From Bacillales bacterium (GTDB lineage Bacteria > Bacillota > Bacilli > JARBTR01), in NCBI GenBank assembly GCA_031554185.1, contig JAVBKE010000140.1, positions 6,719 through 70,718 on the forward strand: a DNA stretch of 64,000 nt, in the 5' to 3' direction. A program made the position numbers and the translations under genes. Position 1 is the stretch's first letter. Every line of letters starts with the position of its first letter. Positions 29,126 to 39,916 of the stretch are shown here, in pieces. Below the pieces are notes generated by a model. It saw only the letters and a program-made list of their open reading frames with translations. It searched no databases and had not been told where the DNA came from.

Positions 29126-31912
29126 GTGAAAGATTTGACAAAAATTCGCGTATACGAATATGCAAAAGGTAAAGATGTGCAAAGCAAGTTAATCATGAAT
29201 AAGCTCAAAGATATGGGCTATGAAGTAAAAGGCCATATGAGCGTTCTTGAAGACGATATGGTGAACCGGTTAGATCGTTTATTTAATCCTGAACCGAAAT
29301 CAACACCAGAAGTAACAAAAAGAGCAGCAGGTCCAAGAATTAAAGTAGATCCTAATCAAAAGCCGCAAACGGATGCAAATAAACCGATGCAGCAGAAGGA
29401 TGGACAAAATGCGGTAAATAGAGGTACTGGACAAGATCGAAAGCCACAGAACCCAAATCGTCCAAGCCGTCCGACAATGAGACAAAGTGCATATAGTTCA
29501 GATCGTCCAAATCAAAACTATACGCCAAGACCAACTGGCCCGTCAGCGAGCAATCAGCCAAGTCGTCCTCTGGGACAATCAAGCACAACAAATCGTGAAG
29601 GACAGCAAAATCGTCCATCGCAACCAACTACTCACAATCGCGAAGGACATCAAAACCGTCCGGCACAGTCAACTGGCCAAAATCGCGAAGGACAACAAGG
29701 TCGTCCGCCTTACCAGAATAGAGATGGCCAAAATCGTCCGCAAAACAACCAAAATAGACCACAGAGTGGACAAGGACAAAATCGTCCGCCTTACCAAAAC
29801 CGTGAAGGTGGACAAAATAGACCACAATCTGCAGGAGGTCAAAACCGTCCATACAACAATAATAATAGTAACAATCGTCCTACTGGAAACAATCAAGGTC
29901 AAAACCGTCCAGCAACAGGTCAAAATACCGGGCAACAAAACCGGAACTATGCTGGGAACCAAGCGAAGCCAGCAGGTACTGGAAAGCCAGCAACCACAGG
30001 TGGAAACACTGGCAGCAATGCAGGTTTTGCCAATAAGAAAAATCAAAGATCAGCACCAAGACCATATATTAGTAAAAAAGCGGCTCAAGAAAAGCAACGA
30101 GTAGAGTCAAAAGCTTTCCGTCAGCCGAAAGAGCCAACAGTCAGAAAGATAAGAGAATTGCCTGAAAAAATTACTTTCACCGAATCGTTAACAGTGATCG
30201 AACTATCTAAGAAACTTCATCGCGAACCATCAGAAATTATTAAAAAACTATTTATGATGGGTGCTGCTGTAACAATTAACTCAACCTTAGATAAAGATGC
30301 GATCGAAATTATTTGTGTTGACTATGGCGTTGAAGTGGAAGAAATCGTTGTCATTGACAAAACTGACTTAGAAGCTGTTATTGCTGATGAAGATGCTTCA
30401 TTGAACACTTACGAGCGTCCAGCAGTTGTCACAATCATGGGTCACGTTGACCATGGTAAAACAACGCTACTTGATTCGATTCGCAAAACGAAGATCACCG
30501 AAGGCGAAGCTGGTGGAATCACACAGCATATTGGTGCCTATCAGGTTGATGTCAAAGACAAGAAAATTACGTTTCTTGATACACCAGGACATGCAGCATT
30601 TACAACAATGCGTGCACGTGGCGCACAAGTTACTGACGTAACAATTCTTGTTGTTGCAGCAGATGATGGTGTAAAACCACAAACAATTGAAGCGATTAAC
30701 CATGCGAAAGCTGCTGAAGTCCCAATTATTGTGGCAGTCAACAAAATGGATAAACCAGAAGCGAACATTGAACGCGTTCAAACTGAACTAAGTCAATTTG
30801 GCGTTTTAGCTGAGGCTTGGGGTGGGGATACCATTTTTGTTCCGATCTCTGCAAAGTTGGGCCAAGGAATCGAAGAACTTTTAGAAACAATCATCTTAGT
30901 CAGTGAGGTCGCTGAACTAAAATGTAATGAAAATAGAAAAGCCGTTGGTACCGTGATCGAGGCGCAACTTGATAAAGGACGTGGCCCAGTTGCGACATTA
31001 CTCGTACAAAACGGAACACTTCGTGTTGGTGATCCAATTGTATGTGGAAACGCATTTGGTAAAGTAAGAGCAATGGTTGATGACATGGGGCAACGCGTTC
31101 AAGATGCATTGCCATCAACACCAATTGAAATTACTGGATTGAACGAAGTACCGCAGGCAGGAGACCGTTTTGTTGTATTCGAAGATGAGAAAACAGCGCG
31201 TTCTGTTGGTGAAAAGCGTGCAACAAACCACTTAGTCGCTAATCGTAATGAGAAAGCCAAAGTGACTTTAGATAATCTATTCGAACAACTAAAAGATGGC
31301 GAAATGAAAGAGCTAAATATTATCCTGAAAGCAGATGTGCAAGGTTCACAGGAAGCTGTTGCAGCATCATTGCACAAAATCGAGGTTGAAGGCGTTCGAG
31401 TAAAAATCATTCACTCTGGCGTAGGCGCAATTTCTGAATCCGATGTACTACTTGCCTCATCTTCAGGCGCAATTGTTATCGGTTTCAACGTGAGACCAAC
31501 CGTCAATGCTAATCGTATTGCTGATGCTGAAAAAGTAGATATTCGTTTACATAAGATTATCTACAACGTCATCAACGAAATCGAGACAGCTATGACAGGA
31601 ATGCTAGATCCTGAATTTGAAGAAAAAGTTATTGGTCAAGCAGAAGTCCGACAATTAGTGAAGATTTCTAAAGTTGGTATCATTGCTGGTTCATACGTAC
31701 TAGATGGTAAAATTACGCGTGGCTGTCTTGTGAGAGTCATTCGTGGTGGCACAGTCATTCATGAAGGAGAGCTTGATACGTTAAAGCGCTTCAAAGATGA
31801 TGTCAAAGAAGTTGCTGCTGGATACGAATGTGGTATTTCACTTAAGAGCTATAACGATATCGAGGAATTGGATGTTATTGAAGCGTTCATTATGGAAGAG
31901 AAGAAACGTTAG
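29126..31912 (+). CDS. infB: Translation initiation factor IF-2 with an expanded Q/N/R/P-rich N-terminal region
   Basis: IRVYEYAK N-terminus, G-domain ([21 protein letters not shown]) and C-terminal domains. The likely start is TTG 29135, 6 nt after GGGGGTG; the track uses GTG 29126. Confidence 0.95.
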   Translation: MKDLTKIRVYEYAKGKDVQSKLIMNKLKDMGYEVKGHMSVLEDDMVNRLDRLFNPEPKSTPEVTKRAAGPRIKVDPNQKPQTDANKPMQQKDGQNAVNRGTGQDRKPQNPNRPSRPTMRQSAYSSDRPNQNYTPRPTGPSASNQPSRPLGQSSTTNREGQQNRPSQPTTHNREGHQNRPAQSTGQNREGQQGRPPYQNRDGQNRPQNNQNRPQSGQGQNRPPYQNREGGQNRPQSAGGQNRPYNNNNSNNRPTGNNQGQNRPATGQNTGQQNRNYAGNQAKPAGTGKPATTGGNTGSNAGFANKKNQRSAPRPYISKKAAQEKQRVESKAFRQPKEPTVRKIRELPEKITFTESLTVIELSKKLHREPSEIIKKLFMMGAAVTINSTLDKDAIEIICVDYGVEVEEIVVIDKTDLEAVIADEDASLNTYERPAVVTIMGHVDHGKTTLLDSIRKTKITEGEAGGITQHIGAYQVDVKDKKITFLDTPGHAAFTTMRARGAQVTDVTILVVAADDGVKPQTIEAINHAKAAEVPIIVAVNKMDKPEANIERVQTELSQFGVLAEAWGGDTIFVPISAKLGQGIEELLETIILVSEVAELKCNENRKAVGTVIEAQLDKGRGPVATLLVQNGTLRVGDPIVCGNAFGKVRAMVDDMGQRVQDALPSTPIEITGLNEVPQAGDRFVVFEDEKTARSVGEKRATNHLVANRNEKAKVTLDNLFEQLKDGEMKELNIILKADVQGSQEAVAASLHKIEVEGVRVKIIHSGVGAISESDVLLASSSGAIVIGFNVRPTVNANRIADAEKVDIRLHKIIYNVINEIETAMTGMLDPEFEEKVIGQAEVRQLVKISKVGIIAGSYVLDGKITRGCLVRVIRGGTVIHEGELDTLKRFKDDVKEVAAGYECGISLKSYNDIEELDVIEAFIMEEKKR
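29438..29911 (+). repeat. Degenerate tandem coding repeats (G)QNRP in infB
   Basis: At least ten NRP-containing units ([71 protein letters not shown]...). Several frames on both strands are open here. Confidence 0.85.
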
Positions 31913-31932
31913 ATCATAGTATTTTTGGTGCT

Positions 31933-31971
31933 ACCTTAGTGGTTAAAACAAATTAATTTAGCCACTAAGGT
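31933..31971 (+). other. Perfect 10-bp hairpin after infB without a U-tract
   Basis: ACCTTAGTGG (31933-42) pairs with CCACTAAGGT (31962-71). Confidence 0.4.
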
Positions 31972-32116
31972 TATGTAAACGGTATGTGATTATAGTGTTC
32001 ATTTGTATAAAAGTTTTGCTAAACGGTATACAAACAGTACGAGGCTATTGCATCTGTACTAACGGGTGTACGCAAGTAGCGCTTGCTAAAGCACCTATAT
32101 ATAGGAGTTGACTATT

Positions 32117-32476
32117 TTGAAGCAACGTACCAACCGAGTTGGTGAGCAAATTAAGAAAGAATTAAGTGATATTATAGGTCGCAAGTTGAAAGATCCTCGT
32201 GTCGGATTTGTGACGGTCACCGGTGTAGATGTCACAGGTGATCTACAGCAAGCTAAGATTTTCATCACGACACTTGGTGATGAGGCATCTCGCAAAAATA
32301 CCTTGATCGGTCTTGAAAAGGCAACTGCTTTTTTACGCGCTGAATTAGGTAAGCGAATTCAGCTTCGTATGACCCCCGAACTCATTTTTGAATTTGATTC
32401 GTCTGTAGAATATGGAAGTCATATTGAAAAGTTGCTCACACAAATTCACAATGAAGATCCTGAACAAGAGGGATAA
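32117..32476 (+). CDS. rbfA: Ribosome-binding factor A
   Basis: [17 protein letters not shown]...[22 protein letters not shown] 32117 is 9 nt after AGGAG; the track uses TTG 32108. Confidence 0.9.
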   Translation: MKQRTNRVGEQIKKELSDIIGRKLKDPRVGFVTVTGVDVTGDLQQAKIFITTLGDEASRKNTLIGLEKATAFLRAELGKRIQLRMTPELIFEFDSSVEYGSHIEKLLTQIHNEDPEQEG

Positions 32477-32527
32477 ATGTCCTGCGAAGCAAGCCTAAAA
32501 GGCGCAGGAGAGTATCAACATTCACGA

Positions 32528-32562
32528 ACAAATGGATAGACCTTTTAGGTCTATCCATTTGT
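32528..32562 (+). terminator. Perfect 15-bp hairpin after rbfA (weak U-tract)
   Basis: ACAAATGGATAGACC tttta GGTCTATCCATTTGT followed by TGGGTTCT. Confidence 0.5.
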
Positions 32563-32608
32563 TGGGTTCTATCGCAACTTGACAAAGAGATGTTTGGAAG
32601 TGGTTATT

Positions 32609-33523
32609 TTGACTGAGTTAAATGGGGTTATTATTTTAAACAAGCCGACCGGGTTTACCTCCCATGATTGTATTATGAAAGTCCGTAAAATGGTGCGAAT
32701 GAAGAGAGTTGGACATACCGGTACACTTGATCCTGATGTGACTGGCGTTTTACCAATCTGTATTGGTCGTTCTACCAAAGTTGCTGAGTATATTACCGAT
32801 GCCGGTAAAGAATATGTCGGCGAGGTGACCCTAGGATTTTCTACGACAACAGAAGACCGGTCTGGGGATATTGTACAAATGAAGAAGGTTAATCGAGCGA
32901 TTGATCGAAGCGAAATATTATTAGTGTTATCGAAACTAACAGGGACAATCACGCAAACACCACCAATGTTTTCTGCTGTAAAAGTGAATGGAAAACGACT
33001 TTATGACTATGCACTTAAAGGCATAGAAGTGGATCGGCCGAGCCGAGAAGTCCAAGTATACGACATCGAACTATTAGATGAACGTGAGGCGTTTACTGGT
33101 GAAGAAATTAAGTTTTCTTTTCGTGTCAGTTGCGGTAAAGGGACGTATGTGAGAACTTTAGCTGTTACAATGGGAGAGATGCTAGGATTTCCGGCACACA
33201 TGTCAAAGCTAGAGCGAACGAGGGTCGCTAATTTTGCTATTTCAGATGCAGTCTCATTCGAACAACTAGGTACACTTATAGAGAATGGAAACATGGCTGA
33301 GATACTAAAACCAATTGAAGCAGGTGTTAGTAATCTGCCGCAAGTAATTGTAGAGGCTGAGATTGCAAAGCGTGTCAAAAATGGTGCAGTTTTTGTTTCA
33401 CCGGCAGAAATAGAACCAATGAACACACCAACTGCAATTTTTAGCCAAACAGGTGAACTATTGGCGATCTATCAAGACCATCCAAGCAAACCAAACAAGG
33501 TGAAACCGGTAAAAATTATCTAA
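32609..33523 (+). CDS. truB: tRNA pseudouridine-55 synthase TruB
   Basis: NGVIILNKPTGFTSHD and catalytic VGHTGTLDP. TTG 32609 after GGAAGTGG gives a B. subtilis-like N-terminus. Confidence 0.9.
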   Translation: MTELNGVIILNKPTGFTSHDCIMKVRKMVRMKRVGHTGTLDPDVTGVLPICIGRSTKVAEYITDAGKEYVGEVTLGFSTTTEDRSGDIVQMKKVNRAIDRSEILLVLSKLTGTITQTPPMFSAVKVNGKRLYDYALKGIEVDRPSREVQVYDIELLDEREAFTGEEIKFSFRVSCGKGTYVRTLAVTMGEMLGFPAHMSKLERTRVANFAISDAVSFEQLGTLIENGNMAEILKPIEAGVSNLPQVIVEAEIAKRVKNGAVFVSPAEIEPMNTPTAIFSQTGELLAIYQDHPSKPNKVKPVKII

Positions 33524-33536
33524 GGAGTTCGTCAGT

Positions 33537-34502
33537 ATGAAAATAGTATCTTTGAGTTATCCGCAAACGTTTCAAAAAAGTGATTACCCTGAATTAGTCA
33601 TTGCTTTGGGCTACTTTGATGGCGTTCATCTAGGTCACCAAGCAGTACTACAGAAGGCAAAAAAAATAGCTGATGAGCGAAATTTGGCATTTGCGATTAT
33701 GACCTTTGAGCCGCATCCATCCATGGTCTTGCAACGTGATGTCAAGCATGTCAGACTGCTAACACCACTTGAAGAAAAGATGCGTCTTCTAGAGACAACT
33801 GGTGCAGACTATTTATTTATCACCGAGTTTTCTCATGATTTTTCTGAGATATCACCACAGCAATTTGTTGATGACTATCTTATTGGCATTCATGTGAAAC
33901 ATATTGTCGCCGGTTTTGATTTTACATATGGCCGCTATGGTATGGGGAAAATGGAGACACTTTCTTTTCACGCCCGAAATCAGTTTGATTTTACAACGGT
34001 AGAGCCTTGTACATTGGTTAATGAAACAGATAAGGTTAGTTCAACAAGGATTAGGCTGGCATTAAACACCGGGGATTGTTCTCTGGCTAAAAAATTGATG
34101 GGGCGTTTTCATACAATTGTCGGTTCCGTTATACACGGTGAAAAAAGGGGAAGAACAATTGGATTCCCGACTGCCAATATCGAGCCGAATGAAGACTTTG
34201 ACCTTCCGGCAACGGGTGTGTATGCTGTGAAAATTCGAGTGAGTAAACAATGGTACGAAGGCGTTTGTAATCTTGGATACAAACCAACATTCCATGAGAA
34301 CCCTGCTGAAAAGCCGACGATTGAGGTGCATATTTTCAATTTCTCGGAGAATATTTATGGGGAAATTATCAAGTTAGAATGGCATCAACGGATTCGCTCT
34401 GAAAAGAAATTTGCTGGAATTGATGAATTAGTTACACAAATTAATATCGATAAGCAAACAGCCATAGATTATTTTCAAACGCTTGGTGTTTCACAACGAT
34501 AA
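33537..34502 (+). CDS. ribF: Bifunctional riboflavin kinase / FAD synthetase
   Basis: GYFDGVHLGHQ adenylyltransferase motif and GEKRGRTIGFPTAN kinase motif. Confidence 0.9.
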   Translation: MKIVSLSYPQTFQKSDYPELVIALGYFDGVHLGHQAVLQKAKKIADERNLAFAIMTFEPHPSMVLQRDVKHVRLLTPLEEKMRLLETTGADYLFITEFSHDFSEISPQQFVDDYLIGIHVKHIVAGFDFTYGRYGMGKMETLSFHARNQFDFTTVEPCTLVNETDKVSSTRIRLALNTGDCSLAKKLMGRFHTIVGSVIHGEKRGRTIGFPTANIEPNEDFDLPATGVYAVKIRVSKQWYEGVCNLGYKPTFHENPAEKPTIEVHIFNFSENIYGEIIKLEWHQRIRSEKKFAGIDELVTQINIDKQTAIDYFQTLGVSQR

Positions 34503-34732
34503 TTTTCTGGGGAAGTAGTACCTTCTTCTCTTTATACACTCAAATACCAACCAATTTTCAATAGCTGTTATATTTTATGAATAGTGCTATGCGTAACTAA
34601 ATAATTGATAATATACTTGCTTTTTTCGTCAAATAATTGTATTGTAGTAAAGGTTAGAACCTTTTCTTGGCACTACGCGTCACCAACGGGTTGCTAGGAA
34701 AATGGGGATTATAGAAAAGGAGGTGGCTTTAG

Positions 34733-35002
34733 ATGGCAATGACTAATGAGCGCAAGAACGAGATTATCGCTGAGTATAAAACTCATGAAAGTGATACTGG
34801 TTCACCAGAGGTTCAAATCGCTGTCCTAACTGAAGCAATCAATACACTGAACGATCATTTGCGTACGCATAAGAAAGATCACCACTCACGTCGTGGACTT
34901 CTTAAAATGGTTGGTAGAAGACGTAACTTGTTAGTATATCTTCGTAATAAAGATGTAACTCGTTACCGCACATTGATTAACAAATTAGGATTACGTAGAT
35001 AG
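34733..35002 (+). CDS. rpsO: 30S ribosomal protein S15
   Basis: 89 aa with [23 protein letters not shown] and [23 protein letters not shown]. Confidence 0.95.
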   Translation: MAMTNERKNEIIAEYKTHESDTGSPEVQIAVLTEAINTLNDHLRTHKKDHHSRRGLLKMVGRRRNLLVYLRNKDVTRYRTLINKLGLRR

Positions 35003-35010
35003 TTTTATGA

Positions 35011-35034
35011 AAAAGCGGGGTTTCCCGCTTTTTT
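35011..35034 (+). terminator. Intrinsic terminator after rpsO
   Basis: AAAAGCGGG gttt CCCGCTTTTTT. Confidence 0.85.
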
Positions 35035-35239
35035 GTGTATGCAAATGCATAAATCGTGCTCGAAAAGTTGCGGGCTATAGGAAATTCCCCATTTCATTGA
35101 GGCATCCACCAGAACATTTTACATAGTAACCGTTTGTTTAATAGCAGTATCAAGTGGAAGGCTGAATGAAATTGAGAATCCTTTAGTATGAGCACTTTCG
35201 CCAGCGCGAAATAAATTTTTATAAAAGAGAGGTTTACAC

Positions 35240-37357
35240 ATGGAACAAGCAAAAAAACAAGTATTCAAAATGGATTGGGCTGGACGTGAATTATTAATTG
35301 AAGTAGGCCAGCTAGCAAAGCAAGCAAATGCTTCTGCACTCATTCGTTATGGCGATTCGGTTGTACTCAGTACAGTGACTGCATCAAAAGAACCAAAACA
35401 GGCAGATTTCTTTCCGCTAACAGTGAACTATGAAGAAAAAATGTATGCTGTAGGGAAAGTACCTGGCGGCTTTATTAAGCGTGAGGGACGCCCAAGCGAA
35501 CGTGCGACATTGGCATCAAGATTAATTGATAGACCGCTTAGACCATTGTTTGCAGACGGATTCCGTAACGATATTCATGTCAACAATATGGTGCTCAGTG
35601 TTGAGCAAGATTGTTCTACCGAAATGGCGGCCATGTTTGGCTCATCACTAGCATTGTCAATTTCGAATATTCCATTCGATGGACCAATTGCTGGTGTTGT
35701 TGTTGGACGAGTTGATGGTGAGTTTGTGATTAATCCATCTGTTGAGCAAATGGAACAAAGTGATATCAACCTGACTGTTGCTGGTACAAATGTGGCAGTG
35801 AACATGGTTGAGGCGGGCGCAAATGAAGTGCCAGAAATGATTATGCTTGAAGCGATTTTATTCGGACATGAAGAGATCAAGCGATTGGTTGCTTTCCAAG
35901 AGGAAATTACTCAAGCGGTTGGTGTAGAAAAAACCGAATATCCATTGTTCGTTCTTGATTCAGTTATTCACGCTGAAGTAGAAGGTATCTGTCTAGCTGA
36001 AATGAAGGCAGCAGTTCAAACCGAAGAAAAACATGCACGGGAAGATGCAATTGATGCTGTGAGGAAAACAGTGATCGCTACATTCGAAGCGCGTGAAACA
36101 GATGATGAAACAATGAAACAAGTGAAAGAAAGTCTTTCAACAATCGTGAAAGAAGAAGTTCGTCGTTTAATCACTGAAGATAAAGTACGTCCTGATGGAA
36201 GAAAAGTGAATGAAATTCGTCCATTAGCATCAGAAGTTGGCGTATTGCCGAGAACACATGGAACTGGTTTATTCACACGAGGTCAAACGCAAGTACTTAG
36301 CGTTTGTACACTTGGCGCAATGGGTGATCAACAAAAATTGGACGGTCTAGGGCTTTAAGAAACAAAACGCTTCATGCACCACTATAATTTCCCTTCATTC
36401 AGTGTAGGAGAAACACGACCAAGTCGTGGACCTGGTCGTCGTGAAATTGGCCATGGTGCGCTTGGTGAAAGAGCACTCGAGCCAATTATTCCAAATGAGA
36501 AAGACTTCCCATATACAATCCGTCTGGTATCAGAAGTACTCGAATCAAACGGATCGTCTTCACAAGCCAGCATTTGCGGATCAGTACTAGCCTTAATGGA
36601 TGCTGGTGTGCCGATTAAGGCGCCTGTAGCAGGGATTGCGATGGGGCTTGTCAAATCTGGCGAGAACTACACGATTCTTTCTGATATTCAAGGAATGGAA
36701 GATCACCTTGGCGACATGGACTTTAAAGTAGCTGGAACGGCTAAAGGTGTTACTGCGCTACAAATGGACATTAAGATTGCTGGTCTCACAAAAGACATCC
36801 TTGAGGAAGCACTAGTCCAAGCGCAAGCGGGACGTAACCATATCCTTGAGCATATGTTGACTGCAATAAACAAGCCTAGAACCGAGCTATCCAAATTTGC
36901 TCCGAAAATTGAAGTAATGATGATTAATCCTGATAAAATTCGCGATGTCATTGGGCCTGGTGGAAAGCAAATTAACAAGATCATTGATGAAACTGGTGTC
37001 AAAATCGACATCGAACAAGATGGTACCGTTTATATCGCTTCCTCTGATGCTGAGATGATTGCAACCGCGAAGAAAATTATTGAAGAATTAACGCGTGAAG
37101 TCGAGGTAGGTCAAATGTACCTTGGAAAAATTATTTCAATTAAAGACTTTGGTTGCTTCATTGAACTATTCCCAGGTAAAGAAGGAATGTGCCATATTTC
37201 AGAGCTCGCATTAGAGCGTGTGAAGAAAGTGGATGACGTAGTGAAGTTGGATGAAGAAGTCCTTGTAAAAGTGTTGAAAGTTGACGATCAAGGGAAAATC
37301 AGTTTATCTCGCAAGGCTGTATTGAAAGAACAAGGTGCAACGGTACCAAGTAAATAA
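35240..37357 (+). pseudogene. pnp: Polynucleotide phosphorylase interrupted by one in-frame TAA (36356-36358)
   Basis: Both halves are in the same frame and read ...[17 protein letters not shown][22 protein letters not shown]. The remembered B. subtilis sequence at this point is [19 protein letters not shown], so the stop replaces Glu (GAA to TAA). The rest (RNase PH x2, KH, S1) is intact. No SD precedes the internal ATG 36374. Confidence 0.85.
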
Positions 37358-37399
37358 ATACTAAATCAAGTCACAAGTAAGTTTGCCATAAAAAATATA

Positions 37400-37440
37400 A
37401 TGAGGTCATATCCGTTTGGGATGTGGCCTCATTTGGTGTG
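37400..37440 (+). terminator. Hairpin after pnp (weak U-tract)
   Basis: ATGAGGTCA ... TGGCCTCAT followed by TTGGTGTG. Confidence 0.45.
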
Positions 37441-37644
37441 CTAGGTATGAGCGGGTAACTTAGTAATTAATAACCTGCGATGTGTTTCTGAAGAAAGCTG
37501 GATACAGAATTCTGAATCGACACGGTGGTCACTTGTCACATGGAACAAATCAGTAGTGATAACCTTCGTCAATTCATATTCAACAAAAAGTCACAAAGGC
37601 GTAATTTGAAAAAAAGGAGGTCTGTAGCCTGTATTCGGTTTCTA

Positions 37645-37680
<36 letters not shown>

Positions 37681-37690
37681 GATTCGAAAT

Positions 37691-37726
37691 AAAAATACCA
37701 CAGATATCAACAACTGTGGTATTTTT
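37691..37726. terminator. Bidirectional terminator downstream of argR
   Basis: AAAAATACCACAG atatcaacaa CTGTGGTATTTTT. Confidence 0.75.
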
Positions 37727-37754
37727 ATTGTTTATATTCAGTTTTGCATTCCAA

Positions 37755-38210
37755 TTAAGCCATGGCCATCTCAGAAAACATCGTTTCAATCTCTTGTGCA
37801 GCTTCATTTGTTTGACAGATCAGTAAGATTGTATCGTCACCACAAATGTTGCCAAGAATCGTTTCGAAATCAAGATTATCAATCAATACACCGATTGCAT
37901 CTGCATTACCTGGTAAAGTCTTTAAGATCACTAAATTGTTTGCGGAATTAACGCCAACTAAAACATCTGTAACCAATCTCTTTAGCCTTGTGGACGGATT
38001 GTATTTATGATCCGCTGGTAGACAATATTTATAACTACCATCATTTAATGCAATTTTAACTAATAATAATTCCTTAATATCACGAGATATTGTTGCCTGT
38101 GTGACATCTAGTCCTAATTCACGCAGACGTCGAACGATTTCATCTTGCGTACCAATTGACTGTTTAGCAATCAATTCTCTAATTTTCATTTGTCGTTGAC
38201 CCTTATTCAT
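37755..38210 (-). CDS. argR: Arginine repressor/activator ArgR (AhrC family)
   Basis: wHTH N-terminus (QDEIVRRLRELGLDVTQATISRDIKEL) and C-terminal arginine-binding domain (ICGDDTILLI). Confidence 0.85.
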   Translation of the reverse strand: MNKGQRQMKIRELIAKQSIGTQDEIVRRLRELGLDVTQATISRDIKELLLVKIALNDGSYKYCLPADHKYNPSTRLKRLVTDVLVGVNSANNLVILKTLPGNADAIGVLIDNLDFETILGNICGDDTILLICQTNEAAQEIETMFSEMAMA

Positions 38211-38481
38211 GTGTATCTCCCTTTCGGATGGCTAAAAGCCTTAGCCTCGGTGATGAATGCATAGAAACTATTAAAAAAATATAAGTCCAGAGGTCTGTAC
38301 TCTTATCATACACACCCATGCCTCTCGTTAATCAGTAATGAGAGAGCTTCGATATATGTTAAGTTTACCACGACTTCTGGACTAATTAAATCTTTATTTG
38401 GAAATTTTCATTTGCATTGAGATATGTCGAAAAAAAGACATTTTCAAAAAAATTCTTGCACACATTTCTCCCAAGGCTTTG

Positions 38482-39903
38482 CTACAGAATTGAAATTCTT
38501 CCTGTAACCATTAGGATGATTGCTGTAACTGCTAAGACTACAAGTACAATAGCACCAACTAGTTCAGCTGGACTAAATACTTTTTCTTTTCTCTCAATTT
38601 TCGTGTACATATACATGACAATTCCCGCTGCATAAAGCACCATTACAGCCATGAAATAGTTCATCCCAGCTGCAAACAATAGCCATACTGAATAGATCAA
38701 AGCAATGATACATATAACCATCGCAGATGTTCTACCTTTTCCATCTTCAAAAGTTTCCTTAGTAAATACCAATTTTGCGGCATAAAGTGCACTTGAAAGA
38801 TACGGAATGATCAGTGCTGCTGTCGCAATTGCATACAATGCCGAATAGGTACTTTCTGAAAAGATTGAAATGACGATAAACACTTGTGAAAGAATTGTCG
38901 TTAAATAGATAGCACCAGCGGCCGAGCCCTTGCTATTTTCTTTCGTACAGAATTTAGGAAACAACTTATCTTTCCCGGCTTGATAGGGTATTTCAGCTGC
39001 AATCAGCGTCCAGCCTAATAAAGCCCCAATTACTGAAATTATGACGCCAATATTAATCATTGTCGCTGCCCAAGGTCCAACCATATCTTCTAGCAAATAT
39101 GCCATAGATGGTGCTTCTAGGCCAGCTAATTGTGCATGTTCCATTGCGCCTAAACTAAGTAGCGATACCATAACATATAAAATTAAAGTAGAAATGATTC
39201 CAATGACGGTTGCTTTTCCGACATCTTCCATATTCTTTGCTTTGCTCGAAAGCACACTAACGCCTTCAACGCCCACGAACACCCAAAGCGTAATCAGCAT
39301 AGTTCCCTTGACTTGGCTAAGAACACTGCCCATATCAAGTTCATTACCCCAGAAATCAAAAGTGAAGTGATCCAAATTAAACATAAAGATCGCGATAATA
39401 ATAAAAACAAGAATCGGGATCAGCTTACACACCGTTGTTACAAAGTTAACAAATGCTGCGTTTTTAATCCCGCCAACGATCAAGAAATTATACAACCATA
39501 ATAGAATTGTTGCTGTAATCCATGTTTGAGGATCATTAAAGTTAGAGAATGTTGGGAAGAAATAGCTAAGGGAATCAAATAAAATAACATAGAAAGCGAC
39601 GTTCGCAAGGATTGCGCTTAACCAGTACCCCCAACCAATTGTGAATCCTGTGAATTCTCCAAACCCTTTTCGTGCGTAACCGTAGATTCCACCCTCAATT
39701 TCCGGCTTTCTTTGGGCAAGCATCTGGAAAATAAGTGCTAAAGATATAATCCCGACGCCTGTTATGACCCATCCAATAATAATCCCACCAGCACTAGAAA
39801 CAGCTGCCATCTCACCAGGAAGACCAAAAACGCCGGTTCCAATCATAGAACCGATTGAAAGCGCTACAAGTGACCAGAGGCCAATTTTATTGTCTTTCTC
39901 CAT
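38482..39903 (-). CDS. arcD: Arginine/ornithine antiporter ArcD (APC, basic amino acid/polyamine antiporter family)
   Basis: 473 aa. The N-terminal region (LVALSIGSMIGTGVFGLP...RKPEIEGGIYGYARKGFG) closely parallels remembered ArcD sequences. AGGAGG SD; starts 13 nt after the upstream PLP gene. Confidence 0.8.
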   Translation of the reverse strand: MEKDNKIGLWSLVALSIGSMIGTGVFGLPGEMAAVSSAGGIIIGWVITGVGIISLALIFQMLAQRKPEIEGGIYGYARKGFGEFTGFTIGWGYWLSAILANVAFYVILFDSLSYFFPTFSNFNDPQTWITATILLWLYNFLIVGGIKNAAFVNFVTTVCKLIPILVFIIIAIFMFNLDHFTFDFWGNELDMGSVLSQVKGTMLITLWVFVGVEGVSVLSSKAKNMEDVGKATVIGIISTLILYVMVSLLSLGAMEHAQLAGLEAPSMAYLLEDMVGPWAATMINIGVIISVIGALLGWTLIAAEIPYQAGKDKLFPKFCTKENSKGSAAGAIYLTTILSQVFIVISIFSESTYSALYAIATAALIIPYLSSALYAAKLVFTKETFEDGKGRTSAMVICIIALIYSVWLLFAAGMNYFMAVMVLYAAGIVMYMYTKIERKEKVFSPAELVGAIVLVVLAVTAIILMVTGRISIL

Positions 39904-39916
39904 GTTTTTTCCTCCT

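Noticed and set aside
29300-30104. Five alternative-frame or antisense ORFs (for example 29487-30104 plus strand, 29669-30046 minus strand)
   Set aside because: They are artefacts of the stop-free QNRP repeat region of infB. None has a ribosome-binding site or a recognisable family.
36356-36358. Possibility that the pnp stop is a recoded selenocysteine or pyrrolysine codon (selU is present in the window)
   Set aside because: The codon is TAA, not TGA or TAG. No SECIS-like hairpin is needed to explain it, and homologues have Glu here.
38417-38635. 72-aa plus-strand ORF overlapping the 3' end of arcD
   Set aside because: It is antisense to arcD, has no SD, and is hydrophobic only as a mirror of the transporter sequence.
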